A stretch of DNA of 64,000 nucleotides from Octopus vulgaris. Its lineage: Eukaryota. The stretch lies in NCBI GenBank assembly GCA_951406725.2, contig OX597816.1, forward strand, positions 119,722,001 through 119,786,000, read 5' to 3'. Position 1 is the stretch's first letter, and every line of letters begins with the position of its first letter. This document shows positions 37,376-49,479 of the stretch, piece after piece. The translations under genes and the position numbers were made by a program. A model generated the notes under the pieces. It searched no databases. It saw only the letters and a list, made by a program, of their open reading frames with translations, and was not told the DNA's origin.

Positions 37376-37759
37376 TTTCTATTCTTTGCATTTGCATCAC
37401 AAATTGTAACATCCTGCTTGCATATATGTATCATGCTTCAAAATGTATTACACACCTGTTGTACAATTGCAGTCCTGCTATGGACTCTTCTTCTATTCTT
37501 TGCATTTGCATCACAAATTCTAACATCCTGCTTGCATATATGTATCATGCTTCAAAATGTATTACACACCTGTTGTACAATTGCAGTGTGGCCATGGACT
37601 CTTCTTCTATTCTTTGCATTTGCATCACAAATTCTAACATTCTGCTTGCATATATGTATCATGCTTCAAAATGTATTACACACCTGTTGTACAATTGCAG
37701 TGTGGCCATGGACTCTTCTTCTATTCTTTGCATTTGCATCACAAATTGTAACATCCTGC
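37376..37759. repeat. 114-bp minisatellite, ~3.4 near-identical copies
   Basis: TTCTATTCTTTGCATTTGCATCACAAATT recurs every 114 bp. Confidence 0.96.
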
Positions 37760-38089
37760 ATTAAAATTGATTTACTCTTTATTTGGTTTTGTTTCTGTTT
37801 TTGTTTACATTGTGTGCATGCCTTGTTATGGTTTATGTGAGGGTTTGAGCTATGGTCTAGAATTGGCAACAGATAGCATACTAAATTGTAAATGGCCACG
37901 TTTACTGTATGCTAAACTGGCACTAGAGATTTAATGAAACCATTTACCTATCAGAATTTAAGTCATGAAAGGGTTAGTTAGCATTGTCAACACACTTCAC
38001 ATTTCTCTCTGTTTCTGTGGGCAATGAAATAAAACACTAGATAAGGAGAGGGTCAATATAGTTGACATTATTTCCTCCTATAAAATTTT

Positions 38090-38700
38090 TGGCTATGTAC
38101 CTTTCTAAGAAATTCTTATTTGTATTAATATAAAGTGCGAGCAAGAGAACATCTGCAGGCTTTCCTAAACTGTTAATGTGAATGTAGATGATGTCTTTTT
38201 TCAACTTGTGTAAATTAATGTCTGATGAGAATGTGATTCCATGTAGAAGCTGCTATTCTGGAGATAAATGATTGGCTAAAATATTTAGTAAAAGGGTTCT
38301 AGCTGTGAGACATGTTAAAGATGATGATGTGGGCTCAGTTTGATATAGTTACAGCTTACTAATTCACAGGAATAGTAGTGGGTGTTAGGGTTTTTTTCCC
38401 ATGTTTTATTTGAACAATTTGGCTGGATAAAGGGGACTGTATCCTTGCCTTTTGCATTCCTTCTGAGACAAGAGCTGTGCCTTCAAAACTGGTAAGATTG
38501 ACGTAGTTGATCTTGAATAAAATTTGTGGATGGCTGCAGAGGAAAAAACATGGACAAGGGAATTTCAGAAGGCTGATAATCTGGTAAGAAAAAATTTAAT
38601 GCTTAGTTTGCAGGTGAATTACATGCTACGTGATCTTCGAGCCTTTTGTCGCCAGATGCTGTAACATGGTTTGTATCCAATATAATAGTACCACCACTAT
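38090..38700 (-). pseudogene. Possible decayed CR1/L2-type LINE ORF2 3' end
   Basis: Minus-strand remnant TKYFSQSFISRIAASTWNH resembles the SF..R....WN.L C-terminal motif. Confidence 0.45.
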
Positions 38701-39129
38701 TGCGATAATGGCCTAATATGTGGTACCAGTGTGATAAAATAAGATAATGCAGCAGCAATAACAACATAACTATCTCTCAAGAACCAACAAATATTCCAAA
38801 TGAACAAACCAACCCACACTCGAACTTCTCTATGAAATAACACAAACTATATACACTCTCTCGGTTCAGTCCATTCCTCACAAGAGGGTACCTTGGCTCT
38901 CATCACAACACTGAGAGTGTAAGGGGTTACTAACTTTGTTCTGCCGACAAATTTCCATTTATTTATTCTTAAGCTTCTCTTACTGCTAGAAACCACCTCT
39001 GCCTGGTACTGGCATTTATGTGAACAATGTAGACAATTGACAAGTATCAAATGCCACAATACATAAATTCATTATTTATTAAAAGTATCTTCAATTGTAG
39101 AAGTATCATAATTACTAAATGGTAATCGA

Positions 39130-40275
39130 TTAGCATATTCAGGGCCATTTAGTCACCTACCAATCTGGTAGACACACTAGTCAAATTGACTACATCCTCA
39201 CTAGGAAACAGGAAAGACGACTACTTGTAAATGCCCAAACCTTCCCAGGTGAAGAATGTACCCCACAATATAGATTAGTAGTTAGCGACTTCAGGATCAG
39301 GGCTAAATGGATGCCCAGAAGACGACCAGAATGGAGGAGAAGGGTCTGGAAGCTTAAGGATCCTGCAAAAAGAGATTGAGAGACATATTACTCAAAGCTG
39401 TAGAAGACAACTGGAGTTTTCTACAGGACAACCTTTTGAGGGCTAGTGACCAGATCTGTGGATGGTGCAAAGTCTCCTCTCAACCCAAGGTAACGTAGTG
39501 GTGGAACAATGTTGTTTACAGGGCTAGTAAGGAAAAGAAACAAGCTTTGAAGGACTGGGAGACTGGTGATAGCAGGGAATGGTATCAGACTGCCAAAAGG
39601 GAAGCTAGGAGATAGGTTTATTTGGCCAGAGGGGAAGCAGATAAGGAAAATTTTGCCAATGTTCTGCGCCGTGATGACCAAAGACTTGAAGTATTTTCCT
39701 GTTGCCAGACAGTGTGTGAGAGAGAATCACGATGTCCTAGGAGAGAAATGTGTCCTCATGGGTGACGGTTCACTTGCTGCAAAGAGACAGGTTTGGAGAC
39801 ACCATTATGAAAGTTTGCTAAATAAAGTGAATGAATGTGAGAAAGAGAGTCTGCCGAATGCCGGCCCAACAGAGGGACCAGCTATCTATCTAAATTGACA
39901 GTGCCTTGGTAGGTAAAGCAATTAAGGGTATGAAGACAGGGAAAGCCCCCGGACAATCAGGAATCACCACAGAGATGCTCAAACTATCTAGCGGTGTAGC
40001 CTACTCAACTAGGTGATACATGAAGGAGTCATACCCAATGACTGGTGTAGCAGCACCATAGTCAACTGCTAACAAAGGTAAAGGTGATGCATTAGATACA
40101 AATAATTACAGAGGTATCAAGTTGTTGGATCAGGTAATGAAGGTCACGGAGAGGGGCATAGCCCAAGTAATTAGGGAGAGAGGCAGTTTAGATGAGATGC
40201 AGTTTCAGTTCGTGCCAGGGGAAAGCACCACTGATGCTATATTTCTGATAAGACAGATGCAGGAGAAATAGCTAG
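39130..40275 (+). pseudogene. RTE-clade LINE fragment (end of AP endonuclease to start of RT)
   Basis: IDYILTRK..PGEECTPQYRLVVSDF, WKLKDP, WWNNVV, MKTGKAPGQSGITTEMLK, PNDW, KGKGDALDTNNYRGIKLL and STTDAIFLIRQMQEK; frameshifted. Confidence 0.93.
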
Positions 40276-40279
40276 TCCA

Positions 40280-40600
40280 AGAAATAGCCAAGAAATAGCC
40301 AGGCCAAGCCAAGCCAAGCCAAGCCAAGCCAAGCCAAGCCAAGCCTTCTTGTTCATAGTGGTAAGACGAAAGCCATAGCGCTCGCTGTGGTCTCGTAGCC
40401 GTGGACAGTGAGCCCAATGGCGCCCAGAGCGAGCTCTGGTCGCCATAGCGCTCGCTGTGGTCTCGTAGCCGTGGACAGTGAGCCCGATGGCGCCCAGAGC
40501 GAGCTCAACACACTCCTTATACCCTAAGTAAGGCATGTGTAAAATTTGAATGAAATCGGTTGTGTAGTTCTCAAGTTTTAGGGAAACACATTCTCACGGC
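40280..40600 (+). mobile_element. Insertion truncating the RTE: (AAGCC)n, a 2x70-bp GC-rich repeat and a Helentron/DINE-like AAATTTGAATGAAATCGGTTG motif
   Basis: Repeats directly visible; family assignment from memory of the motif only. Confidence 0.55.
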
Positions 40601-40607
40601 ACGAAAA

Positions 40608-40781
40608 AAGCACCCACTACACTCACAGAGTGGTTGGCGTTAGGAAGGTCATCCACCTGTATAAACACTGCCAGATCAGACTGGAGCTTGGTGCAGCCTC
40701 CTGGCTTCCCAGACCCCGGTCACACTGTCGAACCCGTGCTAGCACGGAAAACGGACGTTAAACGATGATGCTAATGATGAT
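40608..40781 (+). mobile_element. SINE/RTE-type 3' fragment with (GAT)n tail
   Basis: GGTTGGCGTTAGGAAGGTCATCCA (MetaSINE-like central motif, from memory) ... GGACGTTAAACGATGATG. Confidence 0.7.
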
Positions 40782-41775
40782 TCTCCGTATTTGTTTCTCT
40801 CTCCTTTCTCTCTCACTTTCCCACTCTCTTACTTTTCTTTTCTCTCGGACTCTCCCTCGCTTTCTCTTACTCTCTATCTTTATCTATCTCTCTCCCATTT
40901 ATAAACAACAGAAGATCTTGAGTAAGTTGAGAAATAAAATATTTAGAAAGATCAATCATAAATATCAGGCAGTGGCAATGGAAAGGTCTGCTTCAAGGCA
41001 GACAGCAAAATGCTAACATTTAAAAGGGACAGACGAACTTGCGAGCTGAAGAAAAATAATAAAATATTGGAAACCAAAGTTTGAAGGGATAGAATCTGAG
41101 GATAGTAGAGTCACCATGGCTGGCATTTGTTAACGACGGACATCAACGTAGTGACAGTTTAACGGCTGGCGTAAAATTTTCAACTTGATGTAAAAGAAAA
41201 TTCGTAAACACTAAGTTTTGAAGTGATTCTTTCTCACGACAGTAGACTCACCATGGCAAGCATTCAAAAGTCCCGGGGTCTAGTTGCTCGATTAAAGGCG
41301 ATGCTCTCACTTTTTTAACATCTGGCCTGTAAAACCTAATAATCCTCTAAATATTTTATAAGTCATCATACTATTTTTATCTTTAAAAAAACAATGACCG
41401 AAGGAGTGAGAAGATTAGATTATTCATGAAGCGTATTCATAAAAACGAAAACACAGAACTCCTTTGGCATCTTAAATAAATACGATATTAATTCCAATAA
41501 AAGTAAAAAGACCCGTTTTCCTTGACCAACTTTACTGACGTCAGCATTTGAATGGATAGGTATAGGGGTGTTTACAACTCTGTTTCATTACGATTAACAC
41601 ATTCTATTGGGCCCTGAAAGATAAGACAAAAACCAGCCGAGCAGGATTTGAAATGATTATTGTAAAATAATGCAAATGTCGGCTTACCTATACATGTGTG
41701 CCCCTACCCGACCGACTTTGTTGCCTCACAACTTCCAGAAAAATGTAAATTTTTTAATGAAATTTTCAAAAAATA

Positions 41776-42287
41776 CCGTTAATCCTCGAGTATAGTCTGC
41801 CCTTGAGTATAATACGCAGGGGATTTTTAGGGGGCTGTACCTCTGGAAAACCTAAACCTTGTGTATAATACGCACCCCTTCTCTAACTTCAGTCAAGGAG
41901 GTCTATATAACGTCCTTGGTTTCTAAAAATGTATACAGTAACGTCCTTTATTATTATTGTATATATAACATAATGCAAACGTGTAGCTTTTTTGTGCATC
42001 TTGTTTGCAGAAAATAAAGAAATAACAGTAATAACGTTTAATAAATGTTGCTTATTGCAAGTTATGGATGATTCTTTTATGACTTCATTGCTTTCAGGCT
42101 TAGCTTAAGGTATTTTCGAGCCCGACATCACAAAATACCTCTGAATAAACATTGCCTGACAGCAAATAGAGACTTGGACATTGCTTAGAAAATAATTTCC
42201 ATTTTTAACCGCATATATAGTACGCACTAGGGATTTTGACCTTTAAATTTTGGGAAAATAATGCGGATTATACTTGAGGATTTACGG
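41776..42287. mobile_element. Non-autonomous Tc1/mariner-pogo-type DNA transposon
   Basis: ~25-bp TIRs CCGTTAATCCTCGAGTATAGTCTGC / GCGGATTATACTTGAGGATTTACGG; TA on both flanks. Confidence 0.88.
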
Positions 42288-42754
42288 TATGTTTTAGATG
42301 GTGTATATTCCGCTTATGTAGGAATTTAATATTTTAAAAAATTCTGTGGTTAGGAAGAGAGGTTTCGGGAAATTCACATGAGTTGACTTTGTTTCCTCAT
42401 AACTTGGGTATTTTTTAATGAAATTTGCTACAAATACTTTTCAGAATGTATACATTCAGATTATATTGGAATTTGATGTGAAAAGGAAAATAGTGGCACA
42501 CATCACAATTTCTTTCGAAATCTCAAGTTTCATTTTGTACATATATATGATATCCATTAGTACATATGTGCATAAAAGCCCACCATTTTGTATTTTCTTT
42601 TGTCATATTAAAACCCCAGCGTTTTCGATAGCCGCTCATGAAAAAGTGAAAGTCTTTCTTCGGCAATTTCTTGATTTCAGCAACTATTTTCGGAAAAAAA
42701 ATTTTGCCCCCTACCCCTCCACCTCCAGTTTCTTCATTTCTCGCTTGTTTCCGT

Positions 42755-42878
42755 AACTCTAATCCTAAATCCCAACCCTAACCCTAAAACCCAAAACCAA
42801 ACCCTAACTCTAAAACCCTAACCATAAAACCTAGCTCTAAAACCCTAACCCTAAGACCCTAACCCTAAAACCCAAACC
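42755..42878. repeat. Degenerate (CCCTAA)n telomere-like repeat
   Basis: Mix of CCCTAA and CCCTAAAA units. Confidence 0.85.
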
Positions 42879-43555
42879 CGGATCTTTTCTTTTGGAAAGC
42901 CAGATTTTTCAGATTTTTCTAGTTAACTAAATAATTTGAAACTTCGTATACTGGTAGAATGTGTGAAAAGAAAACAATAATTTCAACTAGTTTTTTTGAC
43001 AAAAATATATTTTATAAGTTTAAACGTAGTTTAAATCTGCGAATTTTAACCAATCATATTGTCTGTTTTCATTTGAAATTATTAGCTGCATAGTGTTAAT
43101 GTGACGTAGATAGCTATTTTGTGAGTGGGTAAGCAGTAAGCAAACAGCTGTGGTAGATGTGGTTATCATGGCAGTGGTGGTAGTGGTGACAGTGGATGTG
43201 TATGATGGCAGCAATTATAGTGTTGGTGTTTTTGTAGAGGTGGTGGTGGTGGCGGCAGTGGATGATGATGATAATGATGATGATAGTAGTAGTAGCATTG
43301 ATAATGTTAGGATGTCTCATGGATGGTAGTGTTGGTGTGTGTGTGTGTGTGTATGTATTTATCAAAACAGTTTGATTCAAATTCTGTGGTACTTATATAT
43401 TCATACATACATATACATGTAGATGTATATAACATATATATATTGTATGTAAACATCTTTTATATATATATAATGTATGCATCTATAATACACACACATT
43501 ATAAATATATACACATATATGCATATGCATTAGAATATGTGTGTATAGGTGTATA

Positions 43556-44286
43556 TGTGAGTAAAATTACATTTAATTCATTAATAGCGAAACAATTGTC
43601 CCAAAATAATCTGTATTTTTGTTATTTTTTATTTGCCCTGTTCGTGTGAGCTAACAATCGTACTGACTTTCATGGGAAACATGTATTTTTGTGGTTGAAA
43701 CCTTTTGGATTTACTAGTGCTAGAGTGAGTCATATAGTGACCACTCTCTTATATTTATTTTTGTATAAAATATTATAATATATTATAAAATATTATAATA
43801 ATCCAGGTTTCTCGGGGCACTGGGCCACTTGGTGTTGAATAGATATACTATTAAATTAGTATCTAATTCTCTCACCCTTATTAATTAATTATAATTATGC
43901 TACATTTATTTCTAAATGTAGTATTTGTTTCCGTGAAAGTTTGGCGCGCTGTTGGTAGGGGCATTTGAATTATAACGTCGGATGTAATCAATTGAACCAC
44001 ACGTGTATTTATCGTTATGGTAAAATCTGGCGTGTGATTGAGTGGATTTCATCCAGATAGTTTTGGCTGAGGAGCTACAAGTGGATTTTTTGTGAGTAAA
44101 ATTACATTTAATTCATTAATAGCGAAACAATTGTCCCAAAATAATCTGTATTTTTGTTATTTTTTATTTGCCCTGTTCGTGTGAGCTAACAATCGTACTG
44201 ACTTTCATGGGAAACATGTATTTTTGTGGTTGAAACCTTTTGGATTTACTAGTGCTAGAGTGAGTCATATAGTGACCACTCTCTTA

Positions 44287-44295
<9 letters not shown>
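43556..44295 (+). mobile_element. Retrozyme/non-autonomous PLE-like partial tandem (535-bp unit, identical 205-bp terminal direct repeats)
   Basis: 43556-43760 = 44091-44295; intact HHR across the junction; ends in (TA)n. Confidence 0.85.
44054..44148 (+). ncRNA. Intact type I hammerhead ribozyme, predicted cleavage after C44135
   Basis: TTTTGG CTGAGGA GCTA [42-nt loop] TAGC GAAAC AATT GTC CCAAAA; stem I extends with CAGAT/ATCTG. Confidence 0.92.
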
Positions 44296-44342
<47 letters not shown>

Positions 44343-44704
44343 TATGTTTGTATACATGTGTGTGTAGCTATTTAGGATCTACACAAATTTTATATATACT
44401 CCACGAAGTTTATGATAAGCGGAGATGTTTACATTTTAGTTAGCTGTTTATTTTAACTACGTCACAAAATAGCTGTTTACGTCACAGTAACAATATTTTG
44501 AGAAGCAGTAAATAATATGAGGTCGAAAGAAAGAATATCATTGGTTAAAATTCGAATTTTTAAACAACGTCAAACTTAGAAATTACAATTCCGTTTTCAT
44601 TTTGGTTAACAATTATGTTTTCTTTTGACACATTCTACCAGTATACGAAGTTTCAAATTGTTTAGTTGACTAGGAAAATCTGGCTTTCAAAAAGAAAAGA
44701 TCCG

Positions 44705-45484
44705 AGAGGGGGAGAGAGTGAAGCGTAGATGATTCTAAGAAGTGAGAGGCTGAATAAAGCGGGAGTTGACGTAAACTCACAAGAGAAAGAGCGTGAAATT
44801 GATAGTGACATTTATATAAGAGTGAGGTAGAGGAGAAATAATTACCATGAACAGTTTTCATGTCCTATTAATGTTTTATAATAAAATATAATAGATATCA
44901 TATTCGTAGCATTTGATTTTTCAGGAAAAAAAATTTCATTAACTCCGTTTAAATACTTTGAGATCTTGAATATAGCTTGAAGTCTTACTTGTTCTAAAAA
45001 ATGCATAATTATAATAATTTATTTATTTATATCATCATAATTGCAAAAATTACCTCATGATGTTTACAGATATGCATGACACAACTGCGTCTTTAGTCAC
45101 ATCCTGACTCCCGCTTAACCTTTATATATGTATCTAAATTTACACACGTTTACGAGCGCATGCATTGAAACATTCACACATATATAAATACACATATACA
45201 GGAAACCTTAGAATTTTTCTATTCTTGAAGCGAAAGAATACACTCAACTAAAGACATTGATACCAATATTTCAAACAAGAACAGTTCAAGCAAATGCAAA
45301 AAGAGGGAAATGTGATAAATAAATATGCAGTGACGTCACAAGCTTTGCTACGTCTTGATATTATTCCCCCTCCACCCCACCCCCCTCTTCCAACATAAGT
45401 TTCCATGTCAGTTTCATCCACTTTCTCTTATATGTTTAATTCACCTCCTGCTTTATTCAGCCTCTCATTTCTTAGAATCCTCTG

Positions 45485-45500
<16 letters not shown>
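44705..45500. repeat. Diverged inverted repeat pair (~44705-44840 vs ~45360-45495)
   Basis: GATTCTAAGAAGTGAGAGGCTGAATAAAGC vs GCTTTATTCAGCCTCTCATTTCTTAGAATC. Confidence 0.8.
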
Positions 45501-45554
<54 letters not shown>

Positions 45555-45595
45555 ACTCACTCTCTCTCTCACTCCATATATATATATATATATAT

Positions 45596-46190
45596 ATTCA
45601 CTATTTAGGTTAGTTGAAATATGTTTGTCACATATTTCAACTGCTAAAGGATAATACACTGCAGTTACCATGGAGAAAAGATCGCTCTTATGGTAAAAAG
45701 GTGTGAAAATTCCCAGTTCGTTCAGTGTCGCCATCTCTGGGGAATCTCAGACATCGATGTTTCGAGTTTATTGACTCTTGCCGATGAGAGGCAACCCTGA
45801 ACGAACTAAATAAAATTTGTAGCGTTATAAATTCAGTCAATGCATTGATTGATTTGCGATGGTACATCGCCCGATCGTGATAAATAGCGAAATCATAGCA
45901 CAAAGCAGTGTTTATGTATAATCACAATTTAAGCTAGTTGAAATATATTTGTCACATATTTTAACTGCTAAAGGCAAGTACATTGCAGTTACCGTGGAGA
46001 AAAAGTCTCTCTGATCGACAAGAGTCAATAAACTCGAAACATCGATGTCTGAGATTCCTGAGATATGGCGACACTGAACGAACTATAACTACAGTAACTG
46101 CCGTGTATTTGCCTTTAGCAGTTGAAATATGCGATAAACATATTTCAACTAACCTAAATTGTGATTATACGTAAAAACTGCTTTGCGCCA
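45596..46190. mobile_element. MITE (45896-46190, ~95-bp TIRs) plus an adjacent partial copy with inverted core
   Basis: TIRs GCACAAAGCAG..AGTTGAAATAT..CATATTT.AACT..GCAGTTAC and its reverse complement; core 45715-45790 is the reverse complement of 46010-46085. Confidence 0.85.
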
Positions 46191-46209
46191 TTACTTCGTT
46201 ATATGTATG

Positions 46210-46267
<58 letters not shown>

Positions 46268-46319
46268 AAATGGCTGACGGTTAGTAAGGAGAGACACAAA
46301 TAAGTAAGAAGAAAACAAA

Positions 46320-46364
46320 GGACCACTGATGCGGTCACAGGAGTGTGACGAAAGAACTCTGGCC
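46320..46364 (+). ncRNA. Minimal type I hammerhead motif (A9C)
   Basis: GGACCA CTGATGC G GTCACA GGAG TGTGAC GAAA GAAC TC TGGCC. Confidence 0.7.
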
Positions 46365-46539
46365 GAAATAAGATTAAGATTAATGTAAAAAATAAATAAC
46401 ACTGAAGCAAAGTAACACCAAATATATAGTGCGTGTGTGTTTTATTGGCTAAACTGGCAAAATGACCATTCCTAAATACAACAATATCTGTTTCAACACA
46501 CGACTTCACATAAAAAAATCTTGCACAACAAATATTTAA

Positions 46540-46602
46540 ACGTACTATATATATATATCAACGAGCGTGTATATATATATACATATATATATATACGCAC
46601 AC

Positions 46603-46684
<82 letters not shown>

Positions 46685-47060
46685 CTGCCGCTATTTCTCT
46701 CACTTTGCAGAGTTACTCAAAAGTTGGGCAGGAGTGTACATATGTATGTATGTGTGTATATATATGTGTGTGTATATATATACACATATATGTACGTACA
46801 CACAAACACAAACATACGCACACGCGCGCGCTCACACACATGTATACATACATGAGTGTGTATGTATGTATGTATGTATGTATGTATGTATGTATGTATG
46901 TATTATATTGATATCTGGAAACTAGCACATAATGTAGCGAACAAAAAATAGCGTTTAATCATTTCGATTTCTACTCGTAATGAAAAGAAAAATCATTAGC
47001 CTTCCTGGCAACTTGGAATGGAAGGCAATGTAGATATACAGACACACGCACATACATCCA

Positions 47061-47111
<51 letters not shown>

Positions 47112-47199
47112 CGTGTGTGTGTAATGTGCATGTATATGGTGCGGGCGTGTATATTTATATATAGGTGTGTATTTGTGTATGTATGTATATGTGTATGTG

Positions 47200-47238
<39 letters not shown>

Positions 47239-47249
47239 CTTTATATATA

Positions 47250-47287
<38 letters not shown>

Positions 47288-47449
47288 CATGCGTATGTAT
47301 GTGTAAGCATGTATGTATAGTATATATAATATATATACACAGATACAAACACACGCACATGTGTATTTGTGTAAAAAGATATACATGTGTGTGTGTGTAT
47401 ATATATATATAAGTATGTATGTATGTATGTATGTGTGTGTGTATGTATG

Positions 47450-47519
<70 letters not shown>

Positions 47520-47560
47520 TTGATATAGATACAAACGTATATACTTCAGACATACACTAC
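46540..47560. repeat. Compound TA/GATA/TG/TATG microsatellite field
   Basis: Directly visible. Confidence 0.95.
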
Positions 47561-47934
47561 ACGCGCGCGCGCTCACCAATTCATCTTGAATTGCGTTATA
47601 TATTACCTTTCTTCGCTGTTAATTTCTAAATCCAAGATTACCGGGTGCTTCGATGAGTACCCAGGTGTGTAACCTACAATACGAGAAGAGTGAGGTTTAA
47701 AGTGGGTTTATATTAGCAAATAGTGAAACGGCAACATGTAAAGGACCACGTTTGTACAGGGCTGTTTAGAGAAACAAAAATGAGGAAATGTAGCATATCA
47801 AATGAAATGAAATAGTAAATCAGGCTATGTTTATATTATATTATTTTGTGTTATTTTACAGCATTTTTTGTTTTTATTTTTATATCATTTTATTTTATTT
47901 TATTTGTTTTTTATTCCTTTATTTACTGCTTGTT

Positions 47935-48802
47935 CTTGTCATTAGACTGTGGCCATGCTAGGGCACTGCCTTGAAGGGTTAAGTCGAACGAATCGACCCC
48001 AGAATTTTTGTTGTTGTTGGTGGTGGTGGTGGTGGTGGTGGTGGTGGATGGGGCAGTTAAATCTGGTACTTGTTCTGTTGCTCTCTTTTGCAGAGCCTCT
48101 GAGTAACGAGAACGTAAACAAACCGATACCGGCTGTCAAGAAGTGGTTGGAAGGCAAACATATCACAAACACAAGAGACACACCCAACCACAGACATATA
48201 CGTATAATACATACACACACGCGTGCGCGCGCGCACACACACACACACATATATATATAGGTATGTTGATGCAAACAGGAAAAACAGAACTCAAAATATG
48301 ACTGTATTTTTATTAATATTTAACAGATGCAACAGAGTGACTCAAGGTCTGAGAGTTTCGTGCGTTGGTACTCTATTATTCCAGCTAAATATGTATGTGT
48401 GTGTGTGTGTACCTTTTTCTCTTTTTACTTCTTTCAGTCATTAGACTGCAGCCATACTGGAGTATTGCATTGAAGAATTTTTAGTCGAATAAGTCGACCC
48501 CAGTACTTATTTATATATATATAACTGAACTGCTCAGTTATCGGGGCCGTAAACACTTCAACACCGGTTGTGAAACGGTGGTGCAAGAACAGACACGAAG
48601 ACACACGCACACACACACAATTTTCGTAGCTTAGTTTTTCCTTGGGGCTGGCCAGATCGAAGCGATCTCAAGATTAATCAGCCGAAATTGCGAGGATGAT
48701 CCGGTTCTTGACTGAAGATTGAGGGCTTCGAATGTCCCGTCCGTGTTTTTTGTATCGTCTTCTAAATGTTTTGCGTTCTCGTCCCAGTTTTTTTTTTTTT
48801 AC

Positions 48803-48840
<38 letters not shown>

Positions 48841-48981
48841 GACAGGCTTCATTCAGTTCCCGTCTGCCAAGTCTGCTTACTAGGCTACAGTAGAAGACAC
48901 TTCCTCAAGGTGTCACACATTGGGACTGAACTCTGAGCCATATGATTGGGAAGCAAGCTTCTTGCCACACAGCCACGCCTC

Positions 48982-49024
<43 letters not shown>

Positions 49025-49165
49025 GACGGTATACTTTCAGTTTCCATCTACCAACTCCACTCAAAAGCCTTTGGCCAGTCCAAGGCTAAATAAAAGACAC
49101 TTGCCTATGGTGCCACGCAGTAGGACTGAATCCAAGATGACATGATTGGGAAGCAAACCTGTGCC
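47935..49165 (-). mobile_element. Cluster of CORE-type SINE tails (47935-48200, 48421-48610) and heads (48840-48982, 49023-49165)
   Basis: Match other copies in the window. Confidence 0.85.
48662..48727 (+). ncRNA. Second hammerhead-like motif with scrambled strand order
   Basis: GCGAT C TCAAGA ttaatc AGCC GAA ATTGC [14 nt] TCTTGA CTGAAGA ttgag GGCT. Confidence 0.55.
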
Positions 49166-49369
49166 TATGTTCATTTTCATTTATATTATTCTTTTATTTT
49201 TGTCAGGAAACTATGACATGAAAATAAAACATATAGATATATTGTCTTAAGATGGTTGTTGTTGTTATTGTTGTTGATGTTTGGGTGGTAGTTGTGGTAG
49301 CTTTTGTGGCGGTGGTAGTGAATATTGTTGATGTGGTGACGGTGACGAGAGGGAGCAAATAAAGAAATA

Positions 49370-49470
49370 AAGAAGAAGAAGAAGAAGAAGAAGAAGAAGA
49401 AGAAGAAGAAGAAGAAGAAGAAGAAGAAGAAGAAGAAGAAGAAGAAGAAGAAGAAGAAGAAGAAGAAGAA
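49370..49470. repeat. (GAA)n microsatellite
   Basis: Directly visible. Confidence 0.98.
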
Positions 49471-49479
49471 ATAAAAAAT

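Larger units (their letters stand above)
42879..44704. mobile_element. Long-TIR foldback element (~240-bp arms) containing nested insertions
   Basis: CGGATCTTTTCTTTTGGAAAGCCAGATTTT at left; AAAATCTGGCTTTCAAAAAGAAAAGATCCG at right. Confidence 0.8.

Noticed and set aside
37376-37759. CRISPR-like array
   Set aside because: The whole unit repeats with no unique spacers, and the context is eukaryotic.
38222-38250. CTGATGA-GAAT/ATTC hairpin
   Set aside because: GAAA and stem I are missing; it lies within a probable LINE remnant.
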